Shown here in pieces: positions 37,603 to 46,340 of a stretch of DNA of 64,000 bases (positions are counted from its first letter, which is position 1; each line of letters begins with the position of its first letter). Origin of the DNA: Candidatus Omnitrophota bacterium (GTDB taxonomy: Bacteria; Omnitrophota; Gorgyraeia; Gygaellales; Profunditerraquicolaceae); NCBI GenBank assembly GCA_026387335.1, contig JAPLLX010000007.1, positions 243-64,242 of the forward strand, given 5' to 3'. A program made the translations under genes and the position numbers. The notes under the pieces were generated by a model. The model saw only the letters and a program-made list of their open reading frames with translations. It was not told where the DNA came from and ran no database searches.

Positions 37603-39166
37603 AGAATTCATCCGCGCCTGCGAAGAGAGCCGCTTAGGTTTTGGTTTATGGATAACATCAGCTTTGTTTATAATCCTTATTCGCGATTCCATTGAGAGCC
37701 TGGTCAGCACGAATTCCTTCCCGCCGCTAAATGCCTTCCATTTTCTGCATGTCCCGGTATTCTTTCTAACGGCGCTTTTGTCAATAATTATCCTGCTGCG
37801 TTTGTTCACCAAAGAAGATATTCTAAAAGTCTCAAAAATATGCCTTTTCTTTTTTGCGGTGATAATCTTTCCGGCTGGCCTGGATTTAATAGTCTCTTTA
37901 ATAACTAAGACCAATATATCGTACGGTTATATTGACCAGAATGTTATAAGGTCAGTTACGAATTTCTTTAATCCGATTTATAAGATTCCCGCTGTTCCCT
38001 ACAGCCTGCGCCTGGAAATCTTATTTATTTGTATTTTCTCTTTTCTATATATACAGATCAAGACTAATAAAATATTTCTTTCTATCCTGGGGGCATTCTT
38101 AGTTTTTTGTTTGTGCACTCTTTACGGAGCCTTACCCGGATTATTGGTAAGCGCTTTCGTAAAGGTAATCGCTTTCCTGTTTCACATTTTTCATCCTTTG
38201 TTCTTTGGAAAGGAAGTCAGGGGTGTGGTGGATGAAAATATTATAGTCATAGTCGAACTGATTTTGGCTTCTTTAGCAGCCGGGTTATGGTTTTGGCTTT
38301 ATGACCCCAAAAAATTCCAGGTTGTCCTGAAAGATTTCAGGTTCAACCGCTACTTTTGCTGCTTTATATTACTGACAATAGGCGTGGGATTGTATCTATA
38401 CTCAGCTAAAGGCTTAGATGTCTTTATCGGGCTTAAGATTTTAGCCATGTTCTTAGCTTTATTCTTCGCTGTGCGTTTTTCGGCGCTGCTCAACGATATA
38501 TTTGACGTAGATTGCGACAGGGTCTCCAATAAGGAGAGGCCGTTAGTAAGCGGAATAATCAGCGCCGGCGAATATCTAAAGGTCGGTTTAGTTTATTTAA
38601 CTTTTTCTTTATTTTTTAGCATCTGGGTAAGTCAGAATTGCTTTGTGCTTAATCTGCTTTTTATAGGAGTATATTTCTTATATTCTGTCCCGCCTTTTAG
38701 GCTCAAGCGTTTTTTTGTCTTCTCTTCTTTGATTACCGGGCTACAGGCATTATTGATCCTGTTAATGGGTCAGGTCTCATTAGCCAAGGATGATACCACT
38801 GTATTATTGTATCCGCCTTTATTATGGTTGGCCTTCCTGATTTTCTTCTTAGGTTCCAATATAAAAGACTTAAAAGATATAGAAGGGGATAGGCTTTGCG
38901 GAGTTTATTCTCTGCCGGTTATCTTCGGAGAGAGGAAAGCCAGGAAAATAATAGGCTTTTTGGTATTTTTAAGCTATCTTTTGTTCCCGGTATTCCTGGC
39001 GGATGTCATCTGGGATATTAAAATAACCGCGCTCTCTTTAATTTTCGCTTTCTTGAGCTATTTTTATATCCGTAAGCCGGATTCAAATGAGCGGATAATA
39101 TTTCTACTCTATTTTCTCTATGTATTTATCGCCGCCTGCTTTTTTATTTTTCCTATTGGAGGATAA
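37589..39166 (+). CDS. Large polytopic membrane protein with C-terminal UbiA-family prenyltransferase domain
   Basis: UbiA Asp-rich motifs NDIFDVDCDRVSNKERPLVSG and KDLKDIEGDRLCGVYSLPVIFG in the C-terminal half. The N-terminal ~300 aa are extra TM helices. ATG at 37589 has an AAAGGA RBS, and the track start at 37490 overlaps the GH gene. Confidence 0.7.
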   Translation: MRKIKEFIRACEESRLGFGLWITSALFIILIRDSIESLVSTNSFPPLNAFHFLHVPVFFLTALLSIIILLRLFTKEDILKVSKICLFFFAVIIFPAGLDLIVSLITKTNISYGYIDQNVIRSVTNFFNPIYKIPAVPYSLRLEILFICIFSFLYIQIKTNKIFLSILGAFLVFCLCTLYGALPGLLVSAFVKVIAFLFHIFHPLFFGKEVRGVVDENIIVIVELILASLAAGLWFWLYDPKKFQVVLKDFRFNRYFCCFILLTIGVGLYLYSAKGLDVFIGLKILAMFLALFFAVRFSALLNDIFDVDCDRVSNKERPLVSGIISAGEYLKVGLVYLTFSLFFSIWVSQNCFVLNLLFIGVYFLYSVPPFRLKRFFVFSSLITGLQALLILLMGQVSLAKDDTTVLLYPPLLWLAFLIFFLGSNIKDLKDIEGDRLCGVYSLPVIFGERKARKIIGFLVFLSYLLFPVFLADVIWDIKITALSLIFAFLSYFYIRKPDSNERIIFLLYFLYVFIAACFFIFPIGG

Positions 39167-39169
39167 GGT

Positions 39170-40120
39170 ATGCTTAAGCCGATAATTAACTGGCTGGTAT
39201 TTGATGTTCTTAAAATGCGGCAAGGGTCTTTGTTTTCCGAAGCCCTGAACTTTTTCCTCTATGACACGATTAAGATATTCTTTTTGTTGACCGGCATTAT
39301 CTTTGTTGTCGCCATCATCAGGACGTTTTTCTCGCCAGAGAAAACCCGGGCGATTTTAAGCAAAAGCCAAGGCTATTGGGGCAACGTGTTGGCGGCGCTT
39401 TTAGGAATCGTGACGCCTTTTTGCTCGTGTAGCGCAGTCCCCTTATTCTTGGGTTTTTTAGAGGCAGGGGTTTCATTGGGAGTAACGTTTTCTTTTTTAG
39501 TGGCTTCGCCTATGATTAATGAAGTGGCGCTGGTTATGCTATGGGGGCTTTTTGGTTGGAAAATATCCTTTATCTATATCGGTAGCGGGCTGGCTATAGC
39601 TATTTTTTCAGGAATAGTCATCGGTAAACTTAAAGTTGAAGGATTAGTTGAACAACTCGCTCATGTCAAGCAGGGGTGCTGTGCTCAATCAATCAGTATG
39701 GCGTTTAAAGATAGGATTGCTTACGCTAAGGAATATACGGGGAATATTTTGAAGAGTATATGGCTGTTTGTAATTATTGGCATTGGTTTGGGGGCGTGGA
39801 TTCATGGATATGTGCCGGCAGATTTTCTGGCGAGGTATGCAGGCAGGGAAAATTGGTTTGCCGTGCCTTTGGCGACGCTTATCGGCATTCCTCTTTATTC
39901 TAACGCAGCCGGGGTTATCCCTCTGGTCAGCGCATTAACCGAAAAAGGCGTAGCTATGGGAACGGCGCTTTCTTTTATGATGGCAGTAACTGCGCTTTCG
40001 CTGCCAGAATTTATAATACTGCGAAAAGCTATGAAATTGAAGTTGCTTGTAATTTTTGCTTCGGTCGTGGGTATAGGAATTATATTTACGGGATATATGT
40101 TTAATTTTATTCTCAAATAA
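39170..40120 (+). CDS. COG0701/ArsP-like permease
   Basis: Polytopic protein with the vicinal-Cys motif TPFCSCSAVPLF characteristic of this permease family. Adjacent to an ACR3 gene. Confidence 0.7.
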   Translation: MLKPIINWLVFDVLKMRQGSLFSEALNFFLYDTIKIFFLLTGIIFVVAIIRTFFSPEKTRAILSKSQGYWGNVLAALLGIVTPFCSCSAVPLFLGFLEAGVSLGVTFSFLVASPMINEVALVMLWGLFGWKISFIYIGSGLAIAIFSGIVIGKLKVEGLVEQLAHVKQGCCAQSISMAFKDRIAYAKEYTGNILKSIWLFVIIGIGLGAWIHGYVPADFLARYAGRENWFAVPLATLIGIPLYSNAAGVIPLVSALTEKGVAMGTALSFMMAVTALSLPEFIILRKAMKLKLLVIFASVVGIGIIFTGYMFNFILK

Positions 40121-40142
40121 AAAAGTATAAGGAGAGATAGCG

Positions 40143-41186
40143 ATGGCGGAATGTAACGTGAAACAGTTATCTTTTTTAGACAGGTTTCTGACGCTCTGGA
40201 TATTCCTGGCGATGGCCTTGGGAGTTCTGCTTGGCTATTTATACCCGCCGATAGTCAGTTTTTGGAATAGATTTCAGGTAGGAACGACCAATATCCCTAT
40301 TGCCGTAGGCCTTATTTTAATGATGTATCCGCCGCTGGCCAAGGTTAAATACGAAGAAATGGGGGATGTCTTCCGCAATACCAAAATACTAACGCTTTCA
40401 CTTATTCAAAACTGGATAATCGGGCCTGTCCTGATGTTTATTCTGGCCGTGGTATTTTTGAGGGGGTATCCTGAATACATGGCAGGCTTGATTATGATCG
40501 GCCTGGCGCGTTGTATCGCTATGGTCATTGTGTGGAATGAACTGGCCAAAGGTGACACTGAATATTGCGCTGGTCTGGTGGCTTTTAATTCCGTGTTTCA
40601 GGTGCTTTTTTATTCCGTATATGCCTGGATTTTTATTACAGTATTACCGAGCTGGCTGGGACTTAAAGGGTCAATAGTGCGGGTTACTATCGGACAGATC
40701 GCCTGGAGTGTTTTTATTTATCTGGGGATACCGTTTCTGGCCGGGATTATCAGCCGTTTCAGCTTGATTAAACTTAAAGGCCAAGATTGGTATGAACAGA
40801 AGTTTATTCCCCGGATCAGCCCCTTGACGCTTATCGCGCTTCTTTTTACCATAGTGGTTATGTTTTCTTTGAAAGGCGAATATATCGTCAAGATTCCGCT
40901 GGATGTGGTGCGTATAGCGATTCCGCTGGTCATCTATTTCATAGTTATGTTTTTGGTCTCTTTTTATATGGGCAAGAAAGCAGGAGCGGATTATTCCAAG
41001 ACAGCCACGCTTTCTTTTACCGCAGCCAGTAATAATTTTGAGTTAGCGATTGCGGTGGCAGTCGCTGTTTTCGGGATTAATTCCGGCGCTGCGTTTGCCG
41101 CGGTGATAGGGCCGTTAGTAGAAGTTCCTGTCCTGATAAGCCTGGTGAATGTCGCGCTCTACTTTAAAAAGAGGCATTTCGCATGA
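40143..41186 (+). CDS. acr3: ACR3 family arsenite efflux transporter
   Basis: [14 protein letters not shown]-terminus, GLARCIAMV (conserved Cys), 10-TM BART-superfamily pattern, [10 protein letters not shown] motif. Confidence 0.85.
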   Translation: MAECNVKQLSFLDRFLTLWIFLAMALGVLLGYLYPPIVSFWNRFQVGTTNIPIAVGLILMMYPPLAKVKYEEMGDVFRNTKILTLSLIQNWIIGPVLMFILAVVFLRGYPEYMAGLIMIGLARCIAMVIVWNELAKGDTEYCAGLVAFNSVFQVLFYSVYAWIFITVLPSWLGLKGSIVRVTIGQIAWSVFIYLGIPFLAGIISRFSLIKLKGQDWYEQKFIPRISPLTLIALLFTIVVMFSLKGEYIVKIPLDVVRIAIPLVIYFIVMFLVSFYMGKKAGADYSKTATLSFTAASNNFELAIAVAVAVFGINSGAAFAAVIGPLVEVPVLISLVNVALYFKKRHFA

Positions 41187-41203
41187 AGGGGTGTTTTTAA
41201 AAC

Positions 41204-41231
41204 TTGACAAATATAGAAAGAATGGTATATT
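41204..41231 (+). promoter_or_regulatory. Sigma-70-type promoter (TTGACA-N16-TATATT) upstream of the riboswitch leader
   Basis: TTGACA at 41204-41209 and TATATT at 41226-41231. The flanking ACTTGACAAATA is identical to the promoter at 62032. Confidence 0.5.
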
Positions 41232-41309
41232 TAATCCAATAAGGCACAAAGAAGTGTCAAAGATAATACAAAGGCGTTCTTTAATGGGAGCGTCTTTTTG
41301 TTTTATATA

Positions 41310-41452
41310 CACGCTTAATCCTCTTTAATGTTAATTAAATAGAATTAAAGGGGAGCGGGGGAACCAAGTTTTTGGGGCGAATATCTAGAGTTCTAGATTA
41401 GGGATTCTCAATCCGAGCCCGGCAGCTAACCTCGTCAGCATATTTTTGAGGA
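41310..41452 (+). promoter_or_regulatory. c-di-AMP riboswitch (ydaO/kimA class)
   Basis: Contains the conserved blocks ACGCUUAAUC, GGAGCGGGGGAACCAA, GGGGCGAAU and CCGAGCCCGGCAGCUAACCUCGUCAGC, in the order and spacing of the ydaO motif as I recall its consensus (...CCGAACCCGNCAGCUAACCUCGUAAGCG). Confidence 0.8.
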
Positions 41453-41456
41453 ATGT

Positions 41457-41488
41457 AACCAGAGAAAACATTCTCTGGTTTTTTATTT
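41457..41488 (+). terminator. Intrinsic terminator (expression platform of the riboswitch)
   Basis: Perfect 10-bp stem AACCAGAGAA/TTCTCTGGTT (41457-41466 / 41471-41480), loop AACA, then TTTTATTT. Confidence 0.85.
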
Positions 41489-41543
41489 CAGAAGGAAATA
41501 CACCCGCCACTCCGATATGGCGGGGTGTAATCAGGGGGCTTAT

Positions 41544-44500
41544 ATGAAAATATCAGAATTAGTTTCTAAGGACTCGGTCAATATTAATTTAAAATCCCGG
41601 ACTAAAAAAGCGGCTATAGCTGAAATTATTGACCAGCTATATAAAACCCGCAAGATCAAGAATAAAGAAGAAGTCTTAAAAGCCATCTTAAAAAGAGAAA
41701 GCGAGAATTCTACCGGTATAGGGCATGGCCTTGCTATACCGCATGCCAGGATTGAGAATTTAAGAGAGGCAATGGTTTTTATAGGCATTTCCAAACATGG
41801 CATAGATTTTTCTTCCTTGGATGCGAAGCCAGTGTATATAGTTGTGCTTTTCCTTACTCCACTTTTCGATACCGCTACTCATCTAAAGATTCTATCCAGG
41901 CTTGGCGTAATGTTTAACGATGGGCTGCTCTTGGGAGAACTGAGGAGCGCTTCATCCAGCAATGAACTATACTTTATTCTTAAACAGGGAGATCTTGAAA
42001 GAGATGATTTTCGCGCCTTAAATAAAGAAGAGATATTTCTTGAATTAGAAACCAGCGCTGATGGGCTTACTGAGACAGAAGCAAAAAGTCGCTTAGGAGA
42101 ATATGGTTCCAATAGGTTAAAAAGAATAAAAAAGACTCCCCTTCTAGTGCGTTTTGTCTCTCATTTTACGAATCTTCTCGCTATTTTAATGTGGCTTGGT
42201 AGCGGTTTATCTTTTTGGGCTCAGATGCCGGAAGCCGGATGGGCATGCATAGCGGTAATTTTTATTAATGCGATTTTTAGCTTTTGGCAGGAATTTAAAG
42301 CAGAAAAAGCGATAGAGGCATTAAAGGGACTGCTACCTTCATATGCTCGTGTAATCAGGGGAGGGGAAGAGAAGAAGGTGCTTTTAAGCGACCTGGTGCC
42401 GGGAGATATTATATTTATTGAAGAAGGGGATAGTATTCCAGCAGATGCCAGGATTATCGAGGCTCAGGAGTTAAGAGTTAACAATAGCGCATTTTCCGGA
42501 GAATCTAAGCTTTCGCATAAAATAGCCGAAGGATTTGAAACAAAAGGTGATTTTCTATGGTTAGAAATACCAAATCTTGTATTTGCAGGTACTAGCGTTG
42601 CCTCAGGTATGGGTAAAGCCGTAGTCATTGCTACCGGCATGGGCACAGAAATAGGCAAGATCGCCTATTTGACCCAAACCATTAAAGAAGAATTGAGCCC
42701 TTTGCAGAGAGAGGTAAATCGTATTAGTAAATTGATTGCCGCAATTTCGGTTATTATGGGTTTCGCCTTCTTTTTTGTAGGCTTAGCATTTACTAAGATG
42801 ACCCTTATCGCTTCAACAATGTTTGCCATAGGAATTATCTTAGCCAATGTTCCGCAAGGATTGATGCCTACGCTTACTTTGGCGCTTTCCATGGCTGTGC
42901 AGAGGATGGCAAGGAAACATGCGCTTATTAAGAAGCTTTCTTCAGTAGAAACTCTAGGTTGCACTAGCGTCATCTGTACCGATAAAACAGGTACGCTTAC
43001 TACTAATCAGATGAGTGTCAGGAAAATCTGGATTAATCAGAAGGTGATTGAGATTTCCGGGACCGGTTATGAACCAGTCGGTTCATTTAATTTTGAAGGA
43101 AAAGAGCTTCCTCCAGATTCATTTACAGAGGATAATCTTGAGCTTCTATTGAGGATAGGAAGTTTATGTAATACGGCAAAGTTAGTTGTGCCTTCAGAAT
43201 CTCAAAACTATTGGAGTATTATTGGGGATCCTACAGAAGGGGCTTTATTGACCTTAGCCCAGAAAGCAGGCTTCAATAGTGAGCAAGAACGCAAGGCGCA
43301 TATTCTAGAAAAACGTTTTCCTTTTGATTCGGTCCGTAAAAGAATGAGTTGTATAAATAAGCTCGCTAACGGGGAGTTAAATATCTTTGTTAAAGGAGCG
43401 CCTAAAGAACTCCTGGATCTTTCTACCAAAATAATTCTTGGTCATAAGATTGTTGAATTAACAGCCGAGATAAGGACAGAAATTATTTCCAGAATAAATA
43501 ATTTTGCAGAAGATGGCCTGCGCGTTCTCGGATTTGCTTATCGTAAATTTGAGGGCGAGAATGTTGCAGAGGTTACCGTTCAAACAGTAGAAAATGATTT
43601 AATCTTTATCGGAATAACGGCTATGTATGATCCTCCTCGCCCGGAAGTTAAAGATGCTGTTGCTATTTGCAAAAGAGCGGGCATACGGGTAGTTATGATT
43701 ACAGGCGATTATCAAGTCACAGCTTTGTCCATTGCTAAACAGGTTGGTATTGTTAACTCTGAAGATGCAATTGTTATTACCGGAGCGGAGTTTTCTGATA
43801 TAGATGACGATCAGCTAAAAGAAAGGTTACTTAAGCAAGAGGTTGTATTTGCTCGAGTCAATCCCGAACATAAATTGAGAGTTGTGAATATATTCAAAGA
43901 TTTGGGTAATATCGTAGCTGTTACCGGAGACGGAGTTAACGATGCCCCGGCACTTAAGCGAGCAGATATCGGAGTAGCTATGGGTTTACGCGGGACAGAC
44001 GTGGCTAAAGAATCGGCAGAAATGATACTAACTGACGACAATTTTGCCAGCATTGTTTCGGCTATTGAGGAAGGCCGTGCCGTATTTGACAATATCAAGA
44101 AATTCATTACTTATATTTTTGCGCATCTTGTCCCTGAGGCAATACCGTATATTTTCTATGCCTTGCTTAAAATCCCTGTACCTATTACGGTAATGCAAAT
44201 ATTGGCAATTGATTTGGGTACAGAAACTATTCCCGCGCTTGCATTAGGCGTTGAAAAGCCTGAGCCGGGTATTATGGAACTTGCGCCAAGGCCGAGAAAA
44301 AAGGGGGTTATTGATAAGATAGTGCTTTTCCGCGGTTACATAGTCTTGGGGCTACTTAATACAGCCGCGGTGTTAAGCGCTTATTATTTTGTTCTTTTTC
44401 AAGGAGGATGGAAGCCGGGAATGCAGCTTGAGCCTAATGACACGACATTTACAAATCCTCTGCATCTTAAGGCGATGACTATTGTTTTTGTCGGTATAGT

Positions 44501-44765
44501 GGTTATGCAAATTGCCAACATTTTTGCCTGCCGTAGCGAAAAATACTCAGCATTTAAATTAGGTTTCTTCAATAACAAGCTTATTCTTTGGGGAATTCTC
44601 TTTGAGCTTGTTTTTGCTTCCGTAATAATATATACGCCCTTTGCTCAAAAGATATTTAATACGATTGGCTTGGGATGGCAGGATTGGGGGATATTGTTTG
44701 CATTTATGATTGTTGTATTCTTCCTAGAAGAATTACGAAAAAAGATGTCTGTATTAAAAAGGTAG
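41544..44765 (+). CDS. PTS EIIA(Ntr)-like domain fused to a type-II (Na,K/Ca-like) cation-translocating P-type ATPase
   Basis: N-terminal ~150 aa carry the PTS_EIIA type-2 pattern (RESENSTGIGHGLAIPHAR; His codon at 41742-41744). ATPase motifs are DKTGTLT (Asp codon 42981), TGDGVNDAPAL and TGES-like SGES. TM4 reads ANVPQGL instead of PEGL. ATG at 41544 has an AGGGGG RBS. Confidence 0.85.
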   Translation: MKISELVSKDSVNINLKSRTKKAAIAEIIDQLYKTRKIKNKEEVLKAILKRESENSTGIGHGLAIPHARIENLREAMVFIGISKHGIDFSSLDAKPVYIVVLFLTPLFDTATHLKILSRLGVMFNDGLLLGELRSASSSNELYFILKQGDLERDDFRALNKEEIFLELETSADGLTETEAKSRLGEYGSNRLKRIKKTPLLVRFVSHFTNLLAILMWLGSGLSFWAQMPEAGWACIAVIFINAIFSFWQEFKAEKAIEALKGLLPSYARVIRGGEEKKVLLSDLVPGDIIFIEEGDSIPADARIIEAQELRVNNSAFSGESKLSHKIAEGFETKGDFLWLEIPNLVFAGTSVASGMGKAVVIATGMGTEIGKIAYLTQTIKEELSPLQREVNRISKLIAAISVIMGFAFFFVGLAFTKMTLIASTMFAIGIILANVPQGLMPTLTLALSMAVQRMARKHALIKKLSSVETLGCTSVICTDKTGTLTTNQMSVRKIWINQKVIEISGTGYEPVGSFNFEGKELPPDSFTEDNLELLLRIGSLCNTAKLVVPSESQNYWSIIGDPTEGALLTLAQKAGFNSEQERKAHILEKRFPFDSVRKRMSCINKLANGELNIFVKGAPKELLDLSTKIILGHKIVELTAEIRTEIISRINNFAEDGLRVLGFAYRKFEGENVAEVTVQTVENDLIFIGITAMYDPPRPEVKDAVAICKRAGIRVVMITGDYQVTALSIAKQVGIVNSEDAIVITGAEFSDIDDDQLKERLLKQEVVFARVNPEHKLRVVNIFKDLGNIVAVTGDGVNDAPALKRADIGVAMGLRGTDVAKESAEMILTDDNFASIVSAIEEGRAVFDNIKKFITYIFAHLVPEAIPYIFYALLKIPVPITVMQILAIDLGTETIPALALGVEKPEPGIMELAPRPRKKGVIDKIVLFRGYIVLGLLNTAAVLSAYYFVLFQGGWKPGMQLEPNDTTFTNPLHLKAMTIVFVGIVVMQIANIFACRSEKYSAFKLGFFNNKLILWGILFELVFASVIIYTPFAQKIFNTIGLGWQDWGILFAFMIVVFFLEELRKKMSVLKR

Positions 44766-44796
44766 AATTGATGCGATGATAAAAAGGAGGGGAAAG

Positions 44797-45162
44797 ATGA
44801 AAAAGACTATTTATGTTTTGTTCGTGTTTGGCTTTGTTTGTTCTCTCTCTCTCGTTAAATCGACTCTAGCGGTCGTGCCTGCCCCGATTTCCCCGCAAGA
44901 CTTGGGAATTGTGACTGTTACCGGGAAAATCGAATCCATATCCAAGGAATGTTCTTCAGAAGGGGTGATGGCAGCGATCACTATTGTTGATAAGATTGGG
45001 AAAAGGGTGGTCGTAGAAGTCAAGGCGGATACGGTGATTTATGACGAAGGCGGGAAAACTATCGCTTTGGATAAGGTTCAAAAAGGCGATAAAGTCATCA
45101 TTGAATACCGAGAAGCGAGAAAGACGGTAGAGAAAGCAGAATCCATCAAATTGACAAGATAG
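44797..45162 (+). CDS. Small secreted protein of unknown function
   Basis: AAGGAGG RBS and signal peptide MKKTIYVLFVFGFVCSLSLVKSTLA. ~95-aa mature part with no recognisable motif. Starts 32 nt after the ATPase stop. Confidence 0.6.
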   Translation: MKKTIYVLFVFGFVCSLSLVKSTLAVVPAPISPQDLGIVTVTGKIESISKECSSEGVMAAITIVDKIGKRVVVEVKADTVIYDEGGKTIALDKVQKGDKVIIEYREARKTVEKAESIKLTR

Positions 45163-45182
45163 GGGTTAACCGTACAATTTAG

Positions 45183-45263
45183 TGCGGAAGGAGGGAGTTG
45201 AACCCTCAAGGGTTTCCCCACATGCTTCTGAGACATGCGCGTATGCCATTCCGCCACTTCCGC
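45183..45263 (-). tRNA. tRNA-Leu (anticodon CAG), class II with long variable arm
   Basis: The reverse complement folds as GCGGAAG / D-arm / CATGT-CTCAGAA-GCATG / long variable arm / GAGGG-TTCAACT-CCCTC / CTTCCGC-A. Confidence 0.9.
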
Positions 45264-45383
45264 ATTGTGAGCCATTTAAGTATAGCCTAGCCCGCCTCTC
45301 CTGTCAAACATAAAAGCATTGCCTGCCCATTGTTTTATTGTTATAATATTAATCTTAAACTATTCACAATAAGAGGGTAAATT

Positions 45384-46340
45384 ATGCCTTTAGAGCACTT
45401 TAAGATTACCGGGATTGCTGTATCCCAGATCTTCCTTCTGGCGGCCATGGGCTTTTTTTTGGTTAAAAGGAAGTTTCTGGAGGGCGCGGGGCTGGATGCT
45501 GTCAGTAATTTGGTTTTGGACGTTACCCTGCCGGTGCTTATTTTCTGCCAACTAATCAAGGATTTCTCTTTTCAGGCGTATCCGGACTGGTGGATTTTTC
45601 CCTTACTGAGTATTGGCGTTACGGTCATAGGTTTGGTTGTTGGGTTCTTGCTCCTGCCTTTGATAAAAGGAGAGCAGCATAAATTACAATTTTTAAGCCT
45701 GGTCGGGTTTCAGAATTCCGGATATTTACCTTTGGCGCTGGCAGCGGCTTTGCTTGCGCAAGGGGAATTAAACGCGATGTTTATCTATCTGTTTTTATTT
45801 CTCTGCGGGTTTAACCTGGTGATGTTTTCCGTCGGTGTGTACATATTGAATTTCCATAAAGAGAGAAAATTCGATTGGCAAAACTTTTTGAGTATGCCGG
45901 TTACGGTCACCTTATTTAGCCTGTTAATTATATTTTTTGGTTTAAATAAATTTGTTCCGGATGCCGTTATTAAGCCGTTAAGGATGCTGGGGGATAGCAC
46001 TCTGCCTTTAGCTATGCTGGTAGTGGGAGGAAACCTGGCTGAATTAAATCTTAAGAATATTAATAAGAGAGCGATTTCGCTGTTGATATTGGCAAAAATG
46101 ATTATTCTGCCTGCTATAGGCTTAGGCCTGATTATTGTTTTGGGCATCCCGAAGCTGATAGGTTTACTGATTCTTATCCAGCTGGCTATGCCATCGGCAG
46201 TGACTTTATCGGTAATCTTAAGAAACTATAAAAAAGAGGACCTTTTGGTGAGCCAGGGCATACTCCTTACGCATTTAGCCAGCGTAATCACTATACCCCT
46301 ATTTTTGATTTTATATTTTAGCCGGATTATGCTAAAATGA
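45384..46340 (+). CDS. AEC (auxin efflux carrier) family transporter
   Basis: ~10 TM segments with a two-repeat architecture typical of AEC/membrane transport family permeases. Assigned from overall pattern only. Confidence 0.65.
   Translation: MPLEHFKITGIAVSQIFLLAAMGFFLVKRKFLEGAGLDAVSNLVLDVTLPVLIFCQLIKDFSFQAYPDWWIFPLLSIGVTVIGLVVGFLLLPLIKGEQHKLQFLSLVGFQNSGYLPLALAAALLAQGELNAMFIYLFLFLCGFNLVMFSVGVYILNFHKERKFDWQNFLSMPVTVTLFSLLIIFFGLNKFVPDAVIKPLRMLGDSTLPLAMLVVGGNLAELNLKNINKRAISLLILAKMIILPAIGLGLIIVLGIPKLIGLLILIQLAMPSAVTLSVILRNYKKEDLLVSQGILLTHLASVITIPLFLILYFSRIMLK

Noticed and set aside
41238-41309. A weak hairpin plus T-run (GGCGTTC...GAGCGTC TTTTT) between the 41204 promoter and the riboswitch, considered as a separate small RNA or terminator.
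   Set aside because: The stem is only 7 bp with two G-U pairs. It may just be part of the riboswitch leader, and the evidence is too weak to annotate.
45078-45275. 65-aa minus-strand ORF (MAHNAEVAEWHTRMSQ...).
   Set aside because: It is the translation of tRNA-Leu(CAG) and its flanks. The tRNA cloverleaf explains the sequence.
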